From the IMG/VR virus record IMGVR_UViG_3300027798_000036: a DNA stretch of 20,000 bases; one strand, given 5' to 3'. Shown piece after piece: positions 1 to 8,054 of this stretch. Numbering within the stretch: the first letter of the stretch is position 1; the number at the start of each line of letters is the position of its first letter. The notes beneath the pieces are model-generated. The model made no database searches, was not told the DNA's origin, and saw nothing but the letters and a program-made list of their open reading frames with translations. The position numbers and the translations under genes were made by a program. Source of the DNA: an uncultured virus (IMG/VR IMGVR_UViG_3300027798_000036) (lineage: Duplodnaviria > Heunggongvirae > Uroviricota > Caudoviricetes).

Positions 1-174
1 TTCGGATTTTAGTTCACTAAATCTTTTGTCAACAAAATTATTGAACTTAGTGACTTGTTTTCTTTTAAAATGGTCTGTGTCTTCAACAACAATAACTGGT
101 GACCCTACATTACTTGCGTAAGGTAATAAGTTAAACTTTGTCTCAGCCTTTTCATAGTGAGATGGTGTACTCAT
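1..174 (-). CDS. Partial CDS (runs off the window start), DUF2452-like protein
   Basis: Not in the ORF track. ATG at 174 overlaps the upstream TGA stop (ATGA). Translation MSTPSHYEKAETKFNLLPYASNVGSPVIVVEDTDHFKRKQVTKFNNFVDKRFSELKSE...; 'LLPYASNVGSP...RFxELK' recalls DUF2452 proteins of Bacteroidota and their phages (from memory). Confidence 0.6.
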   Translation of the reverse strand, partial: MSTPSHYEKAETKFNLLPYASNVGSPVIVVEDTDHFKRKQVTKFNNFVDKRFSELKSE

Positions 175-899
175 ACTAACTGAGTGAAGTAAGATTGTAC
201 TTTCCTCTTGAATAAAGGTAATAATGTATGTTCCAACGGTAGGTTCTGTGTTGAAAATGCTTCAAAGATTGGATACGCTAAACTTTTTGTGTCTGAATAC
301 TCACGGATAACTTCTGTGAATTTTTTATCGTGACCCTTGTATATTAAATTGAAATCTATTTTAGTATCGTGTTTTTTATTGGATAGTTGTTCAAACTTTC
401 CTTCCCACACATAAACCTCTTTGTTAAACAAATCTTGATATACCACATATGAATTGTTAAGTAATAGATTCTTTTTGTTCTTTCTTAATTTAATTGATGT
501 TGACTGGTAAGATAATTCCCATATTCCTTTACAGATTGTAAAATATTGAAGTAGTTTTTCTTGTGAGTACTCAAGTATTTGTTTAATCTCATCTAACTCA
601 GTGGTTGTAAATTTCTTTCTTGTCTTTTTTGATTTGAGTTCATATAACATAATCTCATCATCAATGGAATTTAATTCCTTATTAATAAAAACATATTTGT
701 TTGATTTAAGAAAACTTCCAATGGATGCCATGTGAAGCGATATCTCAGTAAAGAACGGATAAATTTCACCTCTTGATAAAGCATCCTCCACTTTCATCAA
801 AAACGAATTTAATACATATTCCTTGTGCTCAAAATCAATTGGGTCTTTTAAAAACCAATCTGAGGGGAGTATAAATTTTATTTGTTTTTTGTCTTCCAT
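171..899 (-). CDS. Hypothetical phage protein, 242 aa
   Basis: Long ORF translationally coupled to the downstream gene; N-terminal 'DWFLKDPIDFEHKEYVL' segment; no family recognised. Confidence 0.8.
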   Translation of the reverse strand: MEDKKQIKFILPSDWFLKDPIDFEHKEYVLNSFLMKVEDALSRGEIYPFFTEISLHMASIGSFLKSNKYVFINKELNSIDDEIMLYELKSKKTRKKFTTTELDEIKQILEYSQEKLLQYFTICKGIWELSYQSTSIKLRKNKKNLLLNNSYVVYQDLFNKEVYVWEGKFEQLSNKKHDTKIDFNLIYKGHDKKFTEVIREYSDTKSLAYPIFEAFSTQNLPLEHTLLPLFKRKVQSYFTQLV

Positions 900-942
900 A
901 AACTAATAATAAAAAAGGTTTATGGATTATGAATACTAAAGA

Positions 943-2727
943 TTAATGAAAGTCGCCATCATAGAAAATGTAGTACGTTTCACCTTCAAAAGATACACTT
1001 TCTTCACTTCCGTCATAGTTATTCAAAATTGTACCATATCCATCAGCATCAACAACCGCTTGAGCAAAATCATCTTCATCAATAAAACCATTACTTGTTG
1101 CCCATTCACTAAAGTCATTACCACCCAAATAATTTTCATAAAAATCTTTAGCGTCATATCTATGTTCAGATATTTTATCTGCAACTATAGAATCTAACTT
1201 ATACTCATCATACTCACCATCTGGGTCATCTTCAATTTCTTCAATTTCATTATTTGCCTCATCAATCTCATCACCCATTCTGTCATATTCATCACTATAA
1301 TCTTCATCTTCATCATCTAAACTATCCCTTTCAGACTCTAAATTTAAAACCATTTGTTTTAATTCTACAATTCTGGCTTCTTGACTACGGCTCAATTCTT
1401 TATCACTATCATCTAAATAAACTTCAGGATTATTGTAAACATCCTCTTCAAAAAAATCTTTTAAATATACCCTAAAACTATCATCATCAAAATGTTCCAT
1501 TACAAATGATTCATTATAACCATCATATCCTACATCATCCAACATATCTTTTACATATCTCACGGCTTCTCTTTCAGTATCATCAGAATCACCAACTTTC
1601 CATCTACCTTGAAATTCTGTTGTTGTAAATTCTTTTAAAACATAATCACCAGTAGGTAACATATTATACACATCCATCTTGGCGTCTAATTCGGTTAACT
1701 CATCTTCCAACTCACTTATTTCATCCAACAAATCTCCTCTAACTTCTTCGTCATTATCATATTCCGCTTGAAGTCTGGTAATTTCATTTTCAATTCTTGC
1801 AATTTCACTTTTATCTTCAGGTGTTTTTTCTTCAATTGTTCCTTCACTAATTAAAAAGTTAAAAAGAGCGTGAGCACAAGAACCCATATCACCTTGAGAT
1901 AAATTATCTAAACTCCACTCATCATCTTCTCTTCTTTGATTAGCAGATTCAATTAAACCATTTTCAACTCTTTGTTGTTCTACTCTTGCTAATCTTTTTC
2001 TTTCAATCGCAAGCGTTTCTTTATCACCCCAAATTTCAAGTTCCTTGGCATATTTCTCTCTGATATATAAATCAATGTATTGTTTTATACGAGCAAGTTC
2101 ATTTGTTCCCATAATCCAACCACTGGTGAATTTATCGTCAGGAGCATCAAAATAAGATTCATCACCATCAAACTTTTTCAATAACGCAACTTTGTAGAAT
2201 CTATCAGATGTTGCTTTTGTTTTATCTAAGATATAAAACAATTTCCCATCCTTCATATAGTTGTTAAAGTGTGTATTGTCAGCACTTGATGCTGTACACC
2301 ATTTGGTACCAGCACCATAATAACAAGACGCTGTGGTTGTAAGTGGTGCGACAACGGTAAATTGGTCATTTTCAAAAACAATGTCCGCACCTTCAATAGA
2401 TTTTACCGTTCTTCTTATTCTAGTTTCATATTCTTCAATCGCAGAATATAACTCAGCAAATGTTTTGTATTGATTAATATCTTTGATTTGTAAATTGGGA
2501 CCGATAGATACAAACTTCTTTAAAGTGTCTTTTATTTTTTCATCTAATAATCCACCAGCAATTGTTGGAGGTAATGCTCTACCTAAGAAAGTCAAAAACT
2601 TTGAACCATTTGGAATTTCATTAACCATCTTAATAATGGCATCTAACTTTTCAGGAGAAAACTTTTTCCCGTAAGTTGTTTTGAAGTCTTCTTCTCTTCC
2701 CTCTAATAACAAATTAATAAATTTCAT
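943..2727 (-). CDS. 594-aa protein: N-terminal 'CYYG..TKWCT' domain plus very acidic coiled-coil C-terminal half; probable late/virion protein
   Basis: Motifs DINQY, GADIVFE, ASCYYGAGTKWCT and FNNYMKDGKLFYI are shared with the ORF at 8054-9412. C-terminal half is D/E-rich. Starts MKFINLLLE; TATTTATA lies 12 nt upstream. Confidence 0.85.
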   Translation of the reverse strand: MKFINLLLEGREEDFKTTYGKKFSPEKLDAIIKMVNEIPNGSKFLTFLGRALPPTIAGGLLDEKIKDTLKKFVSIGPNLQIKDINQYKTFAELYSAIEEYETRIRRTVKSIEGADIVFENDQFTVVAPLTTTASCYYGAGTKWCTASSADNTHFNNYMKDGKLFYILDKTKATSDRFYKVALLKKFDGDESYFDAPDDKFTSGWIMGTNELARIKQYIDLYIREKYAKELEIWGDKETLAIERKRLARVEQQRVENGLIESANQRREDDEWSLDNLSQGDMGSCAHALFNFLISEGTIEEKTPEDKSEIARIENEITRLQAEYDNDEEVRGDLLDEISELEDELTELDAKMDVYNMLPTGDYVLKEFTTTEFQGRWKVGDSDDTEREAVRYVKDMLDDVGYDGYNESFVMEHFDDDSFRVYLKDFFEEDVYNNPEVYLDDSDKELSRSQEARIVELKQMVLNLESERDSLDDEDEDYSDEYDRMGDEIDEANNEIEEIEDDPDGEYDEYKLDSIVADKISEHRYDAKDFYENYLGGNDFSEWATSNGFIDEDDFAQAVVDADGYGTILNNYDGSEESVSFEGETYYIFYDGDFH

Positions 2728-2739
2728 TATTCAATTTAC

Positions 2740-2747
2740 TATAAATA
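2740..2747 (-). promoter_or_regulatory. TATTTATA motif (putative phage late promoter)
   Basis: + strand TATAAATA at 2740-2747, 12 nt upstream of the ATG at 2727; the same motif precedes several other genes. Confidence 0.6.
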
Positions 2748-2770
2748 TTAATAAACTTGTAATATACACA

Positions 2771-2801
2771 CAAACTTAATAAACAGATTGTATTAAACAA
2801 C
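2771..2801 (-). promoter_or_regulatory. Possible Bacteroidota sigma70-type promoter (GTTG-N19-TAAGTTTG)
   Basis: Minus strand TAAGTTTG (2778-2771) matches TAnnTTTG; an imperfect -33 box GTTG lies 19 nt upstream. Confidence 0.4.
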
Positions 2802-2836
2802 TATTTATGTATAATAAACCTTAATAATATAAAACC

Positions 2837-2986
2837 ATGGGATGCGGATGTAAAAACAACGGTATAGTGCAACAACCACAAGCACAACCACAGGGTCAAC
2901 CAATTAACAGAACACAGAACCAAAGTCAAACGATTCAACAGTCAATTAAAAAGACGGTTCAAAAGTATTACAATCAAAAAAAATAA
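2837..2986 (+). CDS. Small 49-aa protein with N-terminal MGCGCK and Gln/Pro-rich middle
   Basis: Not in the ORF track. MGCGCKNNGIVQQPQAQPQGQPINRTQNQSQTIQQSIKKTVQKYYNQKK*. Fills the intergenic gap; TATTTAT at 2802-2808 upstream, A-rich leader, and an intrinsic terminator directly downstream. Confidence 0.8.
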   Translation: MGCGCKNNGIVQQPQAQPQGQPINRTQNQSQTIQQSIKKTVQKYYNQKK

Positions 2987-2997
2987 TACTCTTTAAT

Positions 2998-3026
2998 ATG
3001 GGAAGTGAAAACTTCCCATTTTTTTT
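2998..3026 (+). terminator. Rho-independent terminator
   Basis: Perfect 9-bp stem ATGGGAAGT/ACTTCCCAT, GAAA tetraloop, then a T-run, 11 nt after the stop codon at 2986. Confidence 0.85.
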
Positions 3027-3027
3027 G

Positions 3028-3035
3028 TATTTATA
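3028..3035 (+). promoter_or_regulatory. TATTTATA motif (putative phage late promoter)
   Basis: Immediately after the terminator and 5 nt before the ATG at 3041. Confidence 0.55.
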
Positions 3036-3040
3036 TTACT

Positions 3041-4066
3041 ATGGAAGATAAAATATCAGCCTTAATAGATAAATTTTATGATAATCCGTCTGGTGTTGCC
3101 AAAAACTTTGGTGGACCAGAACAATTCATAAAATTTGTTTTAACAAAAGGTAATCCTGAAGAACATTATTTGGACCCAAAAAATCAATTCTTCTATGATG
3201 AAGGATTACAAGACTTATTGATTTGGGAACAATACCAATCCACACCTAATAAACTTGAGTATCTTAAACGTTTTATTAGTGATTTTTTAGAAAGTGATTT
3301 GGTTGTTGAAAATGATAGAATTATTTGGTTAATAGATAAAGATGATTTATTGATGGTTTTTGATGATAGGGGTAGAGATGGTACCGCTAAATATGCTGCT
3401 GAAATGGTATTTAACGAGGATTATAATGAACATTTTAATGATGTTATAGATGATTTTTATAATGATTGTGTAAGAACATTAAACGACAAAAATGAAATTT
3501 TATTGGCAAATAAAATTGTTTCTGAATTACCACCATTAACTTCAGAGGATATTGAACAAACATCATTTTTAGAAGAGCTTTGGGAGATTGAAGGTCAAAG
3601 TGGTTTTTTAAGTATTACTTCCGATAATATTTCAGAATTATTGGGGGACAATGAAACAACCGACTATATTATAACTAATTTTTTTCCTGATTTAAAAAAT
3701 GATATGATGAATGCTTACCATAACGCATTTAACACAGCATATGAAGATGAATTATCCAAAGAAGTTTATAGCAATTTAGAAGGGTTTTTTGGTGATTCAG
3801 GTAAGATGGTTAATGTAGGTACCAATCGTGCCGGAAATGATATTTGGACTTACGCAATTGATGTAACCAACACATTTGATTATTTATTCAAAGAATTTTT
3901 TATGAATTGGAGCAACCATTACAACCCAATTGAATATTATGGTTCTTTCAAGGAAATGTTAAACCAATTATTTGATGATGGTCTTAACAAAATTGACTTT
4001 ACCATTCCTGATTATCCAGATTCAGATGAAATTGAAAGTGCGTATAACGAATACGTTGAAATTTAA
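3041..4066 (+). CDS. Acidic hypothetical protein (341 aa), probably late/virion-associated
   Basis: The track start (GTG 3005) lies inside the terminator hairpin, so ATG 3041 (MEDKISALID) is preferred. Rich in D/E/Y/F/N. Confidence 0.8.
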   Translation: MEDKISALIDKFYDNPSGVAKNFGGPEQFIKFVLTKGNPEEHYLDPKNQFFYDEGLQDLLIWEQYQSTPNKLEYLKRFISDFLESDLVVENDRIIWLIDKDDLLMVFDDRGRDGTAKYAAEMVFNEDYNEHFNDVIDDFYNDCVRTLNDKNEILLANKIVSELPPLTSEDIEQTSFLEELWEIEGQSGFLSITSDNISELLGDNETTDYIITNFFPDLKNDMMNAYHNAFNTAYEDELSKEVYSNLEGFFGDSGKMVNVGTNRAGNDIWTYAIDVTNTFDYLFKEFFMNWSNHYNPIEYYGSFKEMLNQLFDDGLNKIDFTIPDYPDSDEIESAYNEYVEI

Positions 4067-4111
4067 TTAACCCTTTATACTATCAAATTAAATTCATAAG
4101 TTTTAACCAAT

Positions 4112-4927
4112 ATGAATTTAATCAACCCCGATTCTATAGAAGGAATTATTAATCATTTTGCAAATCATTTATTAGAACAAGTTGGTGATAACTTAATTAA
4201 CGAGAACACCTTCCAAGTATCATATTATTTTCCATCCATTATGGTTGTGTCAGGTTCAATTACATCTGATAATGAATTCTTTAATCTACCAAAACAATTT
4301 GAAATCTTTAAGGAAAAATACAAATATGAATTTCCAAGTACGAAATTAAGATTCATTGATAATATCAGATACAACACATCATCATCATACAATCAAAATT
4401 GGCACAGGTTCTACAATACCCCAAGACCGTTGTATAATGAATATCAACTCAGTACATACATTGAGAAAGATTATAGGTCAATGAAGTCAAGTGCTATTGT
4501 TAGTATTGGTGAAGACTATTCAAACGTATCCACATTCTTTTTTGATGATAATCGTTTAACATATCTTTCAAATTCCACACATCATAGTCAATACCCACAC
4601 GGTTATTCAAAAGAATTAAGAAAGAAATTATACTCAATGGAGTTTATTGCCTACAACATGTTCAGGGTATCTAAATCAAAAGTGATGGACATCCATACTT
4701 GGGGTGAAACACCTGAAACATTTACAATGAATGATAATATGTTCAAAATAAGAACAAACTCAAGATGGAGCAATGAAAAATTGTCATCAGTTGCACTTGA
4801 TGTTTTATGTGATTATAACATCAATGAAGCAATTGAAGACTACGATATTAATGATGATTTGTTTCTACCAATAGCCGACAAGCCATGGAATGAACATTAT
4901 AAGATGGATGAATTAATTCTATTTTAA
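4112..4927 (+). CDS. Degenerate S-adenosylmethionine synthetase (MetK)-like protein, catalytic signatures absent
   Basis: By-eye similarity to the N- and C-terminal domains of MetK (see findings); GHPDK, GAGDQG and GGGAFSGKD are not present. The ORF is solid; the family call is tentative. Confidence 0.5.
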   Translation: [271 protein letters not shown]

Positions 4928-4931
4928 TAAG

Positions 4932-4967
4932 TTTCGTAACAAATACTATATACTATTTGTTACGAAA
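4932..4967. terminator. 14-bp perfect inverted repeat between convergent genes (likely bidirectional terminator)
   Basis: TTTCGTAACAAATA (4932-4945), 8-nt loop, TATTTGTTACGAAA (4954-4967). Confidence 0.65.
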
Positions 4968-4988
4968 TCCCTTCAACTGAATGACCAG

Positions 4989-5261
4989 TTAAGCAATTTG
5001 TTCCTGAATAAGAGTAATCGCTTCTTCCAACTCTTGAAAGTCCCTGTCAGGTGCATAAAACTTAGCATCTGTTGTACCTTCCTCAATAATCATTATTGCC
5101 GGTACATATTCATTATCAGTTACTTTAACAAACAAACTATATTCTTCTTCGTTTTCATTAATATCCGCTTCAATATATTCAATACCCTCTTTGGTTAACA
5201 TATCTTTGAAGTCAGTACAATGTGGACATCCATCCATCGTGAAAACTAAAACGTGTTTCAT
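4989..5261 (-). CDS. Glutaredoxin/NrdH-like redoxin
   Basis: VFTMDGCPHC active site, YVPAI cis-Pro motif, 90 aa. Confidence 0.85.
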   Translation of the reverse strand: MKHVLVFTMDGCPHCTDFKDMLTKEGIEYIEADINENEEEYSLFVKVTDNEYVPAIMIIEEGTTDAKFYAPDRDFQELEEAITLIQEQIA

Positions 5262-5557
5262 TAATTTAAGAAACTATCAAATTCAGATTCTTGTAGGATA
5301 CCTGTATGAGATTTAACTACTGAAGAACCTTCATAAAGTTTAAGTGTTGGTACACTACGGACGTTTTGTTCTAATGTAAATTTAATGTCAGAATCTACAT
5401 CAAATTTGTAAATTGGAACACCCAATTTGTCACCACTTGTTTCCAAGATACGACCTAACATTTTGCATGGTCCACACCATTTGGCAAAATAATCAATTAT
5501 GAATCTCTCACCAGATTCCATCTTCTCTCTTAGTTGTTCAACTGTTAGTTCTTGCAT
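5261..5557 (-). CDS. trxA: Thioredoxin
   Basis: IDYFAKWCGPCKML active site, VRSVPT motif, 98 aa; TAATG-coupled to the glutaredoxin. Confidence 0.92.
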   Translation of the reverse strand: MQELTVEQLREKMESGERFIIDYFAKWCGPCKMLGRILETSGDKLGVPIYKFDVDSDIKFTLEQNVRSVPTLKLYEGSSVVKSHTGILQESEFDSFLN

Positions 5558-5858
5558 TTTGTTTTTTCTTTAGTCTTGTTATAAAAAATACAACCTCGTC
5601 ATATTGTTCAGGTTTAAAGTGTATCTTTAAACTATAAAATGATGGGTTAATTTGTTTTATATAAATATAGAAAGATGCACTTGTTTCGTAAATACCTTTG
5701 ACAATATTTCCAGTGGATGTAACGTCAAAGTATATTGGTTTCATTTTGAAAATTTCATCCACAACGGTAAGTTCCCCCACCTCAATTTCGGATAGGGGAA
5801 CTCCATTTTCTTTTTCAAGATGTAGGATTACTCTTTCTATTTTATTGGGGTAATCCAT
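5538..5858 (-). CDS. Hypothetical protein, 106 aa
   Basis: ORF within the operon, overlapping both neighbours. Confidence 0.7.
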   Translation of the reverse strand: MDYPNKIERVILHLEKENGVPLSEIEVGELTVVDEIFKMKPIYFDVTSTGNIVKGIYETSASFYIYIKQINPSFYSLKIHFKPEQYDEVVFFITRLKKKQNARTNS

Positions 5859-6010
5859 TAACCTTGACCGCGATACGCTTTTTTATAATTTTTGGATTGT
5901 TTGTGTTTGGATGTCTTTGTTTTTGCTTGGACACCAGGACGAGACACTTTTGCCTTTTCTTTGTACTTCAATGAGTAACTTGAGGTTGATTTTACGGGTT
6001 TCTTAGCCAT
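5858..6010 (-). CDS. Small highly basic 50-aa protein ending YKKAYRGQG
   Basis: Not in the ORF track. MAKKPVKSTSSYSLKYKEKAKVSRPGVQAKTKTSKHKQSKNYKKAYRGQG*. TAATG-coupled to the next gene; consensus promoter 33 nt upstream. Confidence 0.85.
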   Translation of the reverse strand: MAKKPVKSTSSYSLKYKEKAKVSRPGVQAKTKTSKHKQSKNYKKAYRGQG

Positions 6011-6043
6011 TTCTTATATGTTTTATATTGTTAGATTGTTATA

Positions 6044-6074
6044 CAAAGATACTGATAATTTTTAGAAATCCAAA
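6044..6074 (-). promoter_or_regulatory. Bacteroidota sigma70-type promoter TTTG-N19-TATCTTTG
   Basis: Exact match to the -33 TTTG / -7 TAnnTTTG consensus, ahead of the 6010-to-4989 operon. Confidence 0.75.
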
Positions 6075-7741
6075 TCAAACATCAGAATATTTTGTAAATA
6101 TTCTTCATTGGTTATTTCTGAATTGTCATTTGTGTCTGTAATACCATCCTGTAGTATTCTATATTCACTCATAGAATTTTTAACCACATTATATTTGATG
6201 GTTTCTGTTTGTGTTGTTTTTGTCATTTTGAAATCTTCAAACTTAAAATGTTTGACAGCCAACATAACTTGATTATCAAGTTCTTCAAGTGCGAAGTTCC
6301 ATTTGGAATCCAAATTTTTATTAAACCTTCCAAGACTTTGTTTTCTTTCAAATTTTGAATTAGAGTAATTCCATCGGTATTCAATAGTTGCTCTTTCTTT
6401 TGATTCAGAACTACCTTCCCTTAACGATATAATAAAACAGTGTATGTTTTTATGATAAGTTTTAACACAATTTGATTGATATTCTGATTCGTCAAAATAT
6501 TCGTATTGTTTTGTAAACAAAATTGGATAATATACACCACCTTGAGGTGTGGCTATTTCTTTACCTATACCATCGAAGAATCGTTGTGAGTATATTCTAT
6601 TCCATTCACCATCTTTATGAAGAGATATTTTATTTGAAAATTCTATGTGTTCAACTGTAAACTCATTATTAGTTTTACTTTTCCATACAACATCTTCATT
6701 ATATCGTAATTTCAATGTAAGATAAAATTTAATGTGGTCCATAAAGGTATAGACACTACCACCATTCATAATAGAATTAACAAGACATGTATAAAGATTA
6801 ATTCTTTCTTTATTAGTAATGTGTTTGTTTAAAAGTCTGGTATAATTTCTTACATCAAAATAATCTTTGTACTGAAACAATTCTAAAATTTCATTATCAG
6901 GTCGTGATTTAAGATATTTTGGTGGAACAATATTTTGAACAAAATTAATAACATTTGAATTAATAGTATTCACCAAATGTAAAACACGATGGAATTTTTT
7001 ACCACTTAAATCATATTTTTTTTCCGCAGCCTCAATCAAGTTAAAATGTGATTTTCTTAACTGTTTCATTGTCATACTTTCCCCATTGTTAAAAAATGCC
7101 AAATAATTGTTGGGTACTACAACATTGTGTAATGTAAGATAGTTTGTTATAAGTAAGTTGTTGGGACTAAATTTTCCATCTTTAGTTATGTCAATGTCAT
7201 GACCAAAAACTTTATTAAAAAAAGTACTGGAATAATTTATAAATAACCTTTCACCATCATCAGGGAAATGTGTCTTACATAGGGCAGATAATCTACTAAA
7301 AAAATCAGTAATCATACCATTCCAAGCGTTAGACCTGACATATGATTGATTACCCTTGTTGTATTTTGTACCAACATATACAATTTTAGTTTTTTTATTA
7401 AAAGTTAAGAACTCAACTCTTTTATTGGTAACAAAATAATGTTTCCCTTCATTTCTATACTTCACATAGTAATACGCCTTTAAACTTACTTTATCTTCAC
7501 TATCTTCTAATACTAATGTAACTCTATTAAGATGAATATGCCATAACTTATTTCCATAGTTCTCTAAATAAGTTTCTTTTTCAATTGTATTTACACGACC
7601 ATCAGGTCTAAAAAAATAACGTTTTTTCTTACCATCACGATTCATACTCTGAGCCAATTCAAAATCTCTTTGTATATCACAATGGTCATGGAATTTTCTA
7701 CCATGAAATTCTTCAAACACATTTTTTAATAGTGGTTCCAT
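6062..7741 (-). CDS. PcfJ-like domain protein
   Basis: C-terminal pattern DESEYQSNCVKTY...FIISLR...RATIEY...QSLGRFN matches the PcfJ-like pattern (E.....HCV..Y...SLR...TIE...Q..G..N). ATG 7741 is preferred because the track's GTG at 7747 overlaps the promoter. Confidence 0.75.
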   Translation of the reverse strand: MEPLLKNVFEEFHGRKFHDHCDIQRDFELAQSMNRDGKKKRYFFRPDGRVNTIEKETYLENYGNKLWHIHLNRVTLVLEDSEDKVSLKAYYYVKYRNEGKHYFVTNKRVEFLTFNKKTKIVYVGTKYNKGNQSYVRSNAWNGMITDFFSRLSALCKTHFPDDGERLFINYSSTFFNKVFGHDIDITKDGKFSPNNLLITNYLTLHNVVVPNNYLAFFNNGESMTMKQLRKSHFNLIEAAEKKYDLSGKKFHRVLHLVNTINSNVINFVQNIVPPKYLKSRPDNEILELFQYKDYFDVRNYTRLLNKHITNKERINLYTCLVNSIMNGGSVYTFMDHIKFYLTLKLRYNEDVVWKSKTNNEFTVEHIEFSNKISLHKDGEWNRIYSQRFFDGIGKEIATPQGGVYYPILFTKQYEYFDESEYQSNCVKTYHKNIHCFIISLREGSSESKERATIEYRWNYSNSKFERKQSLGRFNKNLDSKWNFALEELDNQVMLAVKHFKFEDFKMTKTTQTETIKYNVVKNSMSEYRILQDGITDTNDNSEITNEEYLQNILMFDLDF

Positions 7742-7746
7742 ATTCA

Positions 7747-7754
7747 CAAAGATA
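7747..7754 (-). promoter_or_regulatory. Bacteroidota-type -7 element TATCTTTG
   Basis: 5 nt upstream of ATG 7741; the -33 box is only partial (TTGG/GTTG near 7774-7778). Confidence 0.55.
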
Positions 7755-7763
7755 ATAAAAAAA

Positions 7764-8054
7764 TTAGTTTAAACCAACCAAACCAAAGCCAGTTTCCATA
7801 AATGGTGACTTTTTTACTTTAACATCAATTTTGTGTGTTTCATTGAATAATTCAAAAATTAAATCCACCATTTCTTTTCGGGTCAATTCAACTTCATCAC
7901 CCTTGTCAGCATGTTCATAAACCTTGACTTTAATCTTGTCATAGAATTTGTCTTTGCTCATTTCACCAATCAATATTTTTAATTGGTCAGGATTGACATC
8001 AAAGAAATGAAAAATTTGTTTTAAATAGATTTCAACATCTACATTCATAAACAT
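7764..8054 (-). CDS. Hypothetical protein (~96 aa)
   Basis: Start is probably ATG 8054 (TAATG overlap with the upstream stop) or 8048 (MNVDVEIY), rather than 8072. Confidence 0.7.
   Translation of the reverse strand: MFMNVDVEIYLKQIFHFFDVNPDQLKILIGEMSKDKFYDKIKVKVYEHADKGDEVELTRKEMVDLIFELFNETHKIDVKVKKSPFMETGFGLVGLN

Noticed and set aside
946..2674. Plus-strand ORFs 946-1197, 1254-1475 and 2483-2674
   Set aside because: Antisense shadows of the 594-aa gene; the His-rich translation simply mirrors its Asp/Glu codons.
3005..3040. GTG start at 3005 for the 353-aa ORF
   Set aside because: Lies inside the terminator stem and upstream of the TATTTATA motif; ATG 3041 fits better.
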